Shown here: piece after piece, positions 34,430 to 42,957 of the stretch | How positions within the stretch are numbered: the first letter of the stretch is position 1 | Layout: each line of letters opens with the position of its first letter | From: Balneolales bacterium | GTDB lineage: Bacteria; Bacteroidota; Rhodothermia; Balneolales; Balneolaceae | Assembly: GCA_030830725.1 (NCBI GenBank) | Contig: JAURMN010000045.1 | Location: forward strand, 1-51,373 | DNA: 51,373 nt | Direction of reading: 5' to 3' | Made by a program: the position numbers and the translations under genes | Notes under the pieces: generated by a model | What the model saw: only the letters and a program-made list of their open reading frames with translations | Told to the model about the DNA's origin: nothing | Database searches by the model: none

Positions 34430-35232
34430 TACATCCCCCAGTTCTTATAATCCCACTCTTTGGATTTCCACTCATTCTGAATCGGAAATTCTCGGAGCAA
34501 AAACCTGCCCAAATCAAGCACTTTTTCCCCCAATGAGCTTATGGCCATTTCGGAGATTACAGCTGTGAATTTGTCAATCAATGCGGCTGTGTTTTCCCCA
34601 TCCTTGGAGGTGTCCTGCAACCAATAGCGAAGAATTCCTAAATATCCCGCCCAGAGAAGTTCACGAGCCGGAGTGGCAGCGATGAATTTGGTGGTGGTGG
34701 ATACCTGCTTCCCTGAAAGAATGGTCCCCATTTCAGACAGAAAGGCTAAGTGGAAAGGTGATTTCATCGAGCCGTATTCAGTTGAGGTAAAACATGTCGG
34801 TTTTAAGGCTCTGGCCCCTGAAGGAAGGAGAACGAATTGAGAAAACGTCTTGCGGACAAACTCTTTTTCAGTGCTCATTAACTCAAAAAGCGTATAGAAA
34901 AGATTACTCAGTTTCTCTTCAACAGTATACCCTTCATAGTCGGGAACCTGCTCTTTGAGCGTTTTAAAAAGCACCCATCTGGACTCATAATAATACCCTA
35001 GAAGTTCTTCCCGATTCTGGAAATGTCTAAGAAGTTCGCGCGTTGATAATCCATGTGCGCCTGCTACACCAGCCAGGGAGAATTTTTTCGAAATCATCCA
35101 GTTGCTTACGGCGGTTTCAACTAGATCGATTTTTAGTGCTATAGTCGCTTTTTTTTCTGTTTCCACCTTTTTTCCTGTTTTCACAGTTTGGCGTGCTGGT
35201 GAGGATTCTGAAGATTTTTTCTTGGCTGGCAT
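34429..35232 (-). CDS. TetR-like transcriptional regulator with lysine-rich N-terminal extension
   Basis: HTH-like FSLAGVAGAHGLSTRELLRHFQNREELL after a ~40-aa K/S/T-rich tail. Stop overlaps the kinase start (TAATG). Confidence 0.55.
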   Translation of the reverse strand: MPAKKKSSESSPARQTVKTGKKVETEKKATIALKIDLVETAVSNWMISKKFSLAGVAGAHGLSTRELLRHFQNREELLGYYYESRWVLFKTLKEQVPDYEGYTVEEKLSNLFYTLFELMSTEKEFVRKTFSQFVLLPSGARALKPTCFTSTEYGSMKSPFHLAFLSEMGTILSGKQVSTTTKFIAATPARELLWAGYLGILRYWLQDTSKDGENTAALIDKFTAVISEMAISSLGEKVLDLGRFLLREFPIQNEWKSKEWDYKNWGM

Positions 35233-35267
35233 AAGGGGTGGAACAAGTCAAAACGATTAAAGAGATC

Positions 35268-35292
35268 AGTTCTGGTGAGAACTTTTTATTTT
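35268..35292 (+). promoter_or_regulatory. Terminator-like hairpin in the yhhQ 5' leader (possible attenuator)
   Basis: AGTTCT-ggtg-AGAACT followed by TTTTATTTT, 38 nt before the ATG. No upstream plus-strand gene. Confidence 0.35.
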
Positions 35293-35329
35293 CCGGATTG
35301 ATAACGCATAAAATTCTGTTTCAGTTCAC

Positions 35330-36136
35330 ATGAACTTTCTAAAAAACCCAACATCTCACGGGCGGGACGTACTTTTTTTTAGCCTTGCAGCCGTCTTTCT
35401 CACGTCCCTAGTTTTGGGGAATGTAATTGGTACGACAAAATTTGTTACCCTGTTCACCTGGAGTCTGCCCAACTGGCTCGTAACGTTGACGCCGGCGCTG
35501 GTTCGGGATGGTGCCGTTTATACCATGAGTGTTCCCGTTGGAGTAATTGCCTATCCTTTTACCTTTTTGGCCACCGATTTGATTTCTGAATTATTTGGTC
35601 GTAAAAAAGCTCAAATGGTGGTCTGGATTGGCTTTTCAATGAATATTTTTATGTTGTTGCTTATGACCGTTAACCATTTGTTACCGGATGCCAACGGAGT
35701 GAGCGGGGGCTTATCCCTTTTTGAAGGGGTTTATGGATTTATGGTAGGGAATACGATTGCCTCCATGATTGCGTACTTGACAGCCCAGACCATTGATGTG
35801 CGTATGTTTCATTTTTGGAAACGTCTTACATCCGGTCGTCATTTATGGCTTCGTAATAACGGATCGACGATGGTGAGTCAACTTGTAGACAGCACCGCAA
35901 TCTTATCGATTCTCTATTTCGCTGGAAATCTCGGCCCGGATATTAACGGGATTGGACCGCTCGCGATTTTGATTCTGAACTCCTACTTGTTCAAATTTTT
36001 CTTTGCCGCATTTGATACGCCATTTTTCTATGCGGGGGTGTGGCTTTTCCGAAATTACCAAGAGGATCCGGAGGGTCATCATTTATTTGAGCAGGACGTA
36101 GAAAAGGCGGAACTTCCATCAAATATTCAGGTTTAG
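35330..36136 (+). CDS. yhhQ: Queuosine-precursor (preQ0/preQ1) transporter, YhhQ/VUT (DUF165) family
   Basis: 268 aa, multi-TM. YPFTFLATDLISELFGRKKA and VSQLVDS motifs. Confidence 0.8.
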   Translation: MNFLKNPTSHGRDVLFFSLAAVFLTSLVLGNVIGTTKFVTLFTWSLPNWLVTLTPALVRDGAVYTMSVPVGVIAYPFTFLATDLISELFGRKKAQMVVWIGFSMNIFMLLLMTVNHLLPDANGVSGGLSLFEGVYGFMVGNTIASMIAYLTAQTIDVRMFHFWKRLTSGRHLWLRNNGSTMVSQLVDSTAILSILYFAGNLGPDINGIGPLAILILNSYLFKFFFAAFDTPFFYAGVWLFRNYQEDPEGHHLFEQDVEKAELPSNIQV

Positions 36137-36183
36137 ATAATATCAAAATTGTTGAATTCTCCATTATAAAAAACAAAACAGGG

Positions 36184-38598
36184 ATGAGTAGTACGGGTAT
36201 GGATTACGTTCTATCGATCATGAGGAGTTTCCTCTTACTCATCGTGATGTGTCTGTTTGGAGTTTCCGTTTCTGCACAACATAACTCAGAGTCGATCCCA
36301 TCCAATTCTCCTGCACCCGTTGGAGAATGGCGATCCCTCTCGTCTTACAATTATGTTCAGGATTTGGCCAGTGATTCAGAAGATCGAATTTGGGGGGCAA
36401 CTACTGGAGGTATTTTTGTATGGAATTCTAAAACCTCGGTTTTTGATGCTCTGCTGACCCCGCTCGAAGGACTTTCCAGGCTCGATCCCACAGTAATTGC
36501 GTATTTATCAAACCAAGATCTCATGATCGTTGGCTATCCTGACGGAACGTTAGATGTTATTGATCCGACTTCATTCAAAATTCGTACACTGAACGACATT
36601 AAGCGAACTTCTCTGTTTACTGATAAACGAATAAATGCCATAGAAACAACTCAAGATGGGGTATTCGTTGGAACAGGATTCGGAGTCGTAAAATATGACC
36701 TGAATATTCAGTATGTACTACAGACGTTTTCTAGTCTGGGGGTCTTTACCAGTGGAAGTGCGGTGAGGGATATGGTGATCGACACAGAAAAGAAGGACCT
36801 TTGGGTGGCTACGGATCAGGGGTTAGCTTTGGCGAGTTTATCGGATGATTTATCTCTCGCCTCAACTTGGCAAAATGTGACATCAGACTTATTTGGGGGA
36901 GCTTCAGTTCAAGAATTAGCTTTTTTTCAGGATAAGATTTATCTCACCACCTCCGATGGTAATTTTGAAAAAACCAGATCTACCACCACCACTCTTCAGG
37001 ACGGATGGCTTAAAAACCAGACCTTTGGAAGTGTATTGATCACAGATTATCATCTCGATCAACAAGCTAACAGACTATATGCTGTATATCGTAATACTCT
37101 TTTTTATCTCGATGAAAATCTAAGGCGGCGATCTTATACGATTCCTGAACTTGGCAATGTTGTGGTCGCAAATAAGGGCCTCTGGGTGGGTTCTTTTCAG
37201 AGTGGGCTAGTTTATCTGGATGAAGTTTCTGAGACAACCCAACGCATAGAAGTGAATGGTCCCGCTATGAATTCCGTCTCCGATATCCGTTTTACAGAAA
37301 GTGGATTTATTACAGCCACTACCAGGTTCTCCAATAGGACATTTCTTTTCGATGATCTCAAGGGATTTTCCATTGTTGAGAATGGCCAATGGGCGAATTA
37401 CAACATGACAAACCGCAAAGAGCTAAAAGACGCCTACTTTACCTTAACCTATCGATCTTTGCTTGGTCAGAGATATGCCTATTTTGGTAGTTGGGGTTCT
37501 GGTATTGCCCGGTTTAATCTGGAGACAGAGGCGATTGATATATTTAATGCAGAAAATACATCGATAAGGGGGTTTAGCGCTTCTGATTACATTGTAATTT
37601 CGGGGTTGGAGAAAGATTCTAATGGGGATATATGGGCAGTAAGTCGATATGCTTCAAAGCCTCTGATTTATCACGTGGAAGGATCTCAGGAATGGACTCC
37701 CTTGGCTTCGAGTTCAGCGCTGAGCAGTGCGGATCGATATATGCGCATGTTTATCGATTCTAATGATTTCAAATGGATAACGTTGGAGTCCACTTCAGAG
37801 GCCGGAAGAGGATTGATGGTACTCGATACCGGACAAGATCCTTTGTCCACATCGGATGATCGGGCCGTGGTGTTGAACACGGGTATCAGTCTTGGAAATT
37901 TACCTGATGCAACCGTTACGGCGATTGTTGAAGATCGTAATGGAGAAGTATGGATCGGTACGGAAAGGGGAATTGCACGATTCATTTTTCCTGATCTGAT
38001 TTTGGATGGAGGTTCTGCTGAGCGACAAGCACAATGGTTAATAGCTGATGAACCTGGTGATATCTCGCCTTTTCTTCTTCGAGATCTTTCGGTTACGGAT
38101 ATCGTTGTAAATGGTGCGAATCAAAAATGGGTTGGATCCTCATCGAATGGACTTTGGTTGTTAAATGAGAAAGGAAGTCGGGTTTTGGCGCATTACACCT
38201 CAGAAAATTCACCACTACTTTCAAATTCTATAACGGATCTTTCATATCATTCGATCACCGGAGAGTTAACGATCACGACATCACTGGGTGTGATCATTCT
38301 AACGGATGTTTCGATTCAGGGGGAGGAAGAAATGGAGGCACTGGATGCATATCCCAATCCATTTGTCTATGACCGCCACCAAAATGTTATTATTGAAGGA
38401 TTGAGTGAACGAAGCACCCTATTTGTGGTCACGGTGGATGGTGTCAGGATTCGAAGACTTGACGTATCGGGTGGCCGAGTGGAATGGGATGGCTTGGATA
38501 GGAATGGAGATAAATTAGCAACGGGAGTCTATTTGCTGATTGCGACGGATCAAAATGGAGGTCAACGAGGAGTAGGGAAAATGGTAATTATCCGATGA
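36184..38598 (+). CDS. Secreted double beta-propeller (Reg_prop-type repeats) protein with T9SS C-terminal sorting domain; PorZ-like
   Basis: 804 aa, signal peptide. About 10 blade motifs (IWGATTGGIFVWN, LWVATDQGLALAS, VWIGTERGIARF, KWVGSSSNGLWLLN...). CTD YPNPFV...WDGLDRNGDKLATGVYLL...KMVIIR. Confidence 0.6.
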   Translation: MSSTGMDYVLSIMRSFLLLIVMCLFGVSVSAQHNSESIPSNSPAPVGEWRSLSSYNYVQDLASDSEDRIWGATTGGIFVWNSKTSVFDALLTPLEGLSRLDPTVIAYLSNQDLMIVGYPDGTLDVIDPTSFKIRTLNDIKRTSLFTDKRINAIETTQDGVFVGTGFGVVKYDLNIQYVLQTFSSLGVFTSGSAVRDMVIDTEKKDLWVATDQGLALASLSDDLSLASTWQNVTSDLFGGASVQELAFFQDKIYLTTSDGNFEKTRSTTTTLQDGWLKNQTFGSVLITDYHLDQQANRLYAVYRNTLFYLDENLRRRSYTIPELGNVVVANKGLWVGSFQSGLVYLDEVSETTQRIEVNGPAMNSVSDIRFTESGFITATTRFSNRTFLFDDLKGFSIVENGQWANYNMTNRKELKDAYFTLTYRSLLGQRYAYFGSWGSGIARFNLETEAIDIFNAENTSIRGFSASDYIVISGLEKDSNGDIWAVSRYASKPLIYHVEGSQEWTPLASSSALSSADRYMRMFIDSNDFKWITLESTSEAGRGLMVLDTGQDPLSTSDDRAVVLNTGISLGNLPDATVTAIVEDRNGEVWIGTERGIARFIFPDLILDGGSAERQAQWLIADEPGDISPFLLRDLSVTDIVVNGANQKWVGSSSNGLWLLNEKGSRVLAHYTSENSPLLSNSITDLSYHSITGELTITTSLGVIILTDVSIQGEEEMEALDAYPNPFVYDRHQNVIIEGLSERSTLFVVTVDGVRIRRLDVSGGRVEWDGLDRNGDKLATGVYLLIATDQNGGQRGVGKMVIIR

Positions 38599-40226
38599 AC
38601 CGGAATCGTACAGATGTTTCCATTATTATTGTAAACTACAACGTCAAGGAATTTCTGGCGAATTGTATTGAATCAATCCGCAGGTCAAGCGGGGATTTGA
38701 GCACCCAGATTATTGTAGTGGATAATCAATCAACGGATGGGTCAAAAGAGTTTCTTCAAACTCATTTTGGTGATCTGACCTACATTTGGAATGAAAAGAA
38801 TGTCGGCTTTGGAGCTGCCAATAATCAAGGTATTCACATTGCGGACGGAGAGTTTATACTCTTACTGAATCCAGACACCATTTTACAGGAAAATACACTA
38901 CAGGTGATGCTGGATTTCATGAGAGAAAATCCTGAAGTAGGGGTATCCGGATGTAAAATTGTGAATCCTGACGGAACGTTTGCTCCCGAATCCAGAAGAT
39001 CCGTTCCTACCCTCTCTAATTCCATGTACAAAACCCTTGGATTGTCGTCTCTTTTTCCTAAAAGCCGACTTTTCTCTACCTATTATTTAGGATGGATGAG
39101 CCCCGACCTTGGATCAGAAGTTCCTGTACTTTCCGGGTCATTTATGTTCTTTAGAGGTTCGGTATTAAGAGAATTGTCTGGATTCGATGAGAGATTTTTT
39201 ATGTATGGAGAGGATATCGACTTATGCGTAAGGGTAGCCAAAGAGGGCTGGAAGATTATTTATTTGCCCTCCACCTCCATTGTCCATTATAAGGGTGAGA
39301 GTTCTAAGAAGGATGATATCCGTTATATAAAGAATTTTAATGAGGCCATGATTCTTTTTTTTAAAAAGTATCATTCAGGCACCACATCCTTTCTTTTCCA
39401 GTTTTTTATTCAATTTGCCATCATCATCAGGGCCGTTCTCTCGTTTATATTCGCAAAAACAGTTTCTCTCAGGAGTATACTCATTGATATCGTATTGATT
39501 AATCTTTCTCTCCAAATCTCTCTTGTTCTCTATGAAGCATTACCTGTAGAGCGCACCTATGATATCGACCATACTCAGATTTTAATCTGGAATATCATAA
39601 TTACACTTCTGTATCTCGTTTTTGGGAAGTATGAGGTTCAAAATAAACGGTTTCTTTTCATTACCAATCTTGCGAAATCGATCACATTTGCATTCCTGGG
39701 ATTGGTTGTGGTCACGTTCTTTTTTAAAACCATTGCCTTTTCGCGGCTGATTATTCTGATTGGGTTTGTCTTATCCCTTGTCATGGTTACGTTGAGTAAT
39801 GTCCTTTTATCGAATCGAAGCAAGCTTGGAGGTTCTATTGGGAAAAAATGGTTTCGAAGACGAGTTCTCGTAGTAGGTTCAAATCCAAAAACCCCGGATC
39901 TCATTAAAAAACTTCGTTCATTTTCCTCCATTCCGATCGATGTATTAGGTGTGATACATCAGGATAATTGGGAGCCTGGAGAGACGTATGAAGATGCAGA
40001 TATCGTTCCTGTGATCGGATCCCTTGCTCAAACGAAAACCTTGGTGAAGGATCTTCACATTTCTCATATCGTAGTACTTATGGATGCCATTAAGAACTAT
40101 GAACTGCTGGAGATTATGTCCCTTTTAAAAGAGGATAAAGTCAAAATTGCGATTGTCCCAAAAGATCTGGACGTCCTAATTGGCAAGGATATATTTGAGG
40201 GGTTAAAGGATTTGAGTCGCATGTGA
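38595..40226 (+). CDS. GT2 glycosyltransferase fused to a TM + Rossmann-like module resembling the N-terminus of WbaP-type phosphoglycosyltransferases
   Basis: N-terminal part: SIIIVNYNVKEFL...VVDNQSTDGS...NVGFGAANN...GEDIDL. C-terminal part: 4-5 TM helices, then RRVLVVGSNPKTPDLIKKL...IDVLGVI...KIAIVPKDLDVLIG. No Bac_transf catalytic domain. Confidence 0.75.
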   Translation: MNRNRTDVSIIIVNYNVKEFLANCIESIRRSSGDLSTQIIVVDNQSTDGSKEFLQTHFGDLTYIWNEKNVGFGAANNQGIHIADGEFILLLNPDTILQENTLQVMLDFMRENPEVGVSGCKIVNPDGTFAPESRRSVPTLSNSMYKTLGLSSLFPKSRLFSTYYLGWMSPDLGSEVPVLSGSFMFFRGSVLRELSGFDERFFMYGEDIDLCVRVAKEGWKIIYLPSTSIVHYKGESSKKDDIRYIKNFNEAMILFFKKYHSGTTSFLFQFFIQFAIIIRAVLSFIFAKTVSLRSILIDIVLINLSLQISLVLYEALPVERTYDIDHTQILIWNIIITLLYLVFGKYEVQNKRFLFITNLAKSITFAFLGLVVVTFFFKTIAFSRLIILIGFVLSLVMVTLSNVLLSNRSKLGGSIGKKWFRRRVLVVGSNPKTPDLIKKLRSFSSIPIDVLGVIHQDNWEPGETYEDADIVPVIGSLAQTKTLVKDLHISHIVVLMDAIKNYELLEIMSLLKEDKVKIAIVPKDLDVLIGKDIFEGLKDLSRM

Positions 40227-40261
40227 AATCTAAGGGAGGATTGTTTCACTCAACCTTTTAT

Positions 40262-41389
40262 TCAAAGTCGGGTTTCTATCCTTCGGGTCATCTCCTCAGC
40301 CCATGAAGCGAAGGAACCGGCTTTAATGTACCCTCGAATTTCTTTCATCAACCAGAGATAAAACGTGAGATTATGCTCGGAAGCGAGTTCTAATCCGAGT
40401 AATTCATCTGCACGGAATAAATGGTGAATGTAGCTCATGGAGTAACGTTGGCAAAGATCACTCTCAAACTCTTCATCCAGAGGCTTGTGATGATGTCGCC
40501 ATTTGGCATTGCGGATATTTACAATTCCATGACGCGTAAAAATCATCCCATTGCGGGCGTTTCGGGTCGGCATCACACAATCAAACATATCCACCCCTCG
40601 CAAAACAGATTGTAGCAGATTACCGGGTGTACCCACACCCATCAAATAACGAGGTTTATCATGAGGAAGATAGGCTGTGGTGAGATCGGTCATCTCATAC
40701 AGCAAATCAGTCGGTTCTCCAACGCTAAGGCCTCCAATCGCCAGCCCCTCAAAACCTACTGAGGACATAAACTCGGCAGAAGCTTTTCTTAAGTCCGGAT
40801 AGGTACCCCCTTGTACAATCCCGAATTGCGACTGAGTGTGTCCGTAAAGAGGTTCTGTTTCTTCAAAGGCCTTTCGCCCACGAGCAGCCCAACGATGGGT
40901 TAATTCCATGGAGTTTAAGACATACTCATAATCGGCAGGGTATGGAGGGCACTCATCCAGAATCATCATGATGTCGGAGCCAAGGGTGCGTTGAATATCG
41001 ACCACATTTTCGGGGGTAAACCAATGCTTTGATCCGTCCAAGTGGCTTTTGAATTCCGCGCCACGCTCTTCCAGTTTGCGCATATCCGAAAGCGAAAAAA
41101 TCTGATACCCACCCGAATCGGTTAAGATGGCTCCGTTCCACCCTATAAATTTGTGCAATCCCCCTACTTCACGCATAAGCTCCATACCAGGTCGGAGATA
41201 AAGATGATAGGTATTTCCAAGGATAATAGGTGCTTTGATGCGCTTAGAAAGGTCATCCTGGCTAACCGCTTTGACAGACCCATTTGTCCCGACTGGCATA
41301 AAAATCGGGGTATCTATTGAACCATGATCGGTCTGGAGGGTCCCAAGCCGTGCTTTTGAGTGAGGATCTGTGGTGTGAAGCGTAAACAT
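40262..41389 (-). CDS. tgt: Queuine/preQ1 tRNA-ribosyltransferase
   Basis: 376 aa from ATG 41389; the listed ORF adds 19 N-terminal codons. TDSGGYQIFS, LAIGGLSVGE, YLMGVGTP, DMFDCVMPTRNARNG. Confidence 0.9.
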   Translation of the reverse strand: MFTLHTTDPHSKARLGTLQTDHGSIDTPIFMPVGTNGSVKAVSQDDLSKRIKAPIILGNTYHLYLRPGMELMREVGGLHKFIGWNGAILTDSGGYQIFSLSDMRKLEERGAEFKSHLDGSKHWFTPENVVDIQRTLGSDIMMILDECPPYPADYEYVLNSMELTHRWAARGRKAFEETEPLYGHTQSQFGIVQGGTYPDLRKASAEFMSSVGFEGLAIGGLSVGEPTDLLYEMTDLTTAYLPHDKPRYLMGVGTPGNLLQSVLRGVDMFDCVMPTRNARNGMIFTRHGIVNIRNAKWRHHHKPLDEEFESDLCQRYSMSYIHHLFRADELLGLELASEHNLTFYLWLMKEIRGYIKAGSFASWAEEMTRRIETRL

Positions 41390-41532
41390 GGATTCGAAGA
41401 TAAAACAATAAAAATTGATTATTTTGCCCAATCTTTGTTCGCACATTCGAAAATTGGCAAAAGTAGATTGAAACTTGTGTAGTTGACATTAGCTGTTTTT
41501 GCTTTTCGAAATCATATTAAATAACTGGCTCT

Positions 41533-42957
41533 GTGTTCGGAATTAATCGGGATCAGGAGGTTGTCTACACGGCTCTTCTGGATATCCTCATTTTATCATT
41601 AGTATGGATTGCTTTTTTGGGCATAGCGCCCGAACTGCTTCCAATTCAGACGCTTTCCGGATTATCAAAGGGCTACCTTCACGGCCTGTTTCATCTGGGA
41701 TATTGGCTACTTGTCTTTGGGTCATTAGGTCTATACCGAAAACTCTTTTTGATTTCACGATTTGACGAGTTTTTGCAGGTGTTGAAGGCTACGATTACAG
41801 GGTCTTTAATCCTGATGATGTTTTTGTTGTTTCGGACTCAGGATCCCACTGTATATTCGGTTCATGCGATCATTGGAGCCGTGTTACCCTATTCAAGTGT
41901 TGTCGGATTTTCAATTTTTGTGAACCGATTTATTGTTCGGACGATTCAGCGCTATTTTGCAAAGAAGGGAAAAGGGCTGCATCGGGCTGTGATTGTGGGT
42001 ACAGGGCCAACAGCGTTGTCCGTTTATAAAGAGTTGGAAAGATTCAAAACCATGGGAATGCAGGTGTTGGGCTACCTGCATGTGAATGGATCTGGCAGAA
42101 CTGCTCATCCTATTGAGGTGAATCCAAAAGAGGTGCTGGGTAACTTGGAAAGTCTTCAAAACTTGATGGATAAGGAGGGAATTCGGGATGTGATTGTGGC
42201 ACTTGAACCCGATCAACGAGAGGATCTGGTCTCCATCATCAGTAAAATTGATTATCCTGATATCACCTTCAAATTGATGCCTGATTTTTATCAATTGGTC
42301 GGTGGATTGGCAAAAACCAATCAGATCTTTGGCTTGCCCCTGATTGAGATCATGTCCAGTCCTTTACCCTATTGGGAACGGGTCGTCAAACGACTTTTAG
42401 ACATCTCGATTTCAGTGCTTTTTTTAGTGGTTATATCCCCACTTATGCTGATTTTAGCATTATTAGTTCGATTTACATCTCCAGGCCCCGTAATCTACCG
42501 GCAGAAACGAGTGGGTAGAAAAGACCACGTCTTTACGATTTATAAGTTTCGTACGATGGTCAATAATGCTGAGGCGCAGAGCGGGCCAAAGTGGGCAGAG
42601 GATGATGATCCTCGTGTGACACCCATTGGGCGGTTTATGAGGAAGACTCGTCTAGATGAACTGCCTCAATTTTTTAATGTACTAAAAGGGGATATGAGTC
42701 TGGTTGGTCCCAGACCTGAGCGTCCCTATTTTGTAGATCAGTTTAAGCAAGAGATTCCCCTGTATGGGCGACGCCATCGTATTCGGCCCGGAATTACCGG
42801 CTGGGCACAGGTGAAATGGAAATATGACGCCTCGTTTGATGATGTGCGAGAAAAGACAAAATTTGATCTATTTTATGTCGAGAATATTTCGCTTCGAATG
42901 GATTTTAAAATATTGATCAACACGATCTTTATCGTATTTGGAGGAAAAGGGAAATGA
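41533..42957 (+). CDS. Polyprenyl-phosphate sugar-1-phosphate transferase (WbaP-type large PGT)
   Basis: N-terminal TMs plus Rossmann-like RAVIVGTGPTAL. C-terminal Bac_transf domain KRLLDISISVLFL...PGPVIYRQKRVG...FTIYKFRTM...DELPQFFNVLKGDMSLVGPRPERP. GTG start. Confidence 0.85.
   Translation: MFGINRDQEVVYTALLDILILSLVWIAFLGIAPELLPIQTLSGLSKGYLHGLFHLGYWLLVFGSLGLYRKLFLISRFDEFLQVLKATITGSLILMMFLLFRTQDPTVYSVHAIIGAVLPYSSVVGFSIFVNRFIVRTIQRYFAKKGKGLHRAVIVGTGPTALSVYKELERFKTMGMQVLGYLHVNGSGRTAHPIEVNPKEVLGNLESLQNLMDKEGIRDVIVALEPDQREDLVSIISKIDYPDITFKLMPDFYQLVGGLAKTNQIFGLPLIEIMSSPLPYWERVVKRLLDISISVLFLVVISPLMLILALLVRFTSPGPVIYRQKRVGRKDHVFTIYKFRTMVNNAEAQSGPKWAEDDDPRVTPIGRFMRKTRLDELPQFFNVLKGDMSLVGPRPERPYFVDQFKQEIPLYGRRHRIRPGITGWAQVKWKYDASFDDVREKTKFDLFYVENISLRMDFKILINTIFIVFGGKGK

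Noticed and set aside
35233-35329. Canonical preQ1-I riboswitch in the yhhQ leader
   Set aside because: I could not find the short P1 hairpin followed by the conserved A-rich tail (..CCC..TAAAAAACTA-like). Only a generic terminator-like hairpin is present, and that is kept as a finding.
41390-41446. 19-codon N-terminal extension of tgt (MCEQRLGKIINFYCFIFES)
   Set aside because: Homologs begin at the MFTLHTTD-type sequence. The extension is hydrophobic nonsense within the divergent promoter region.
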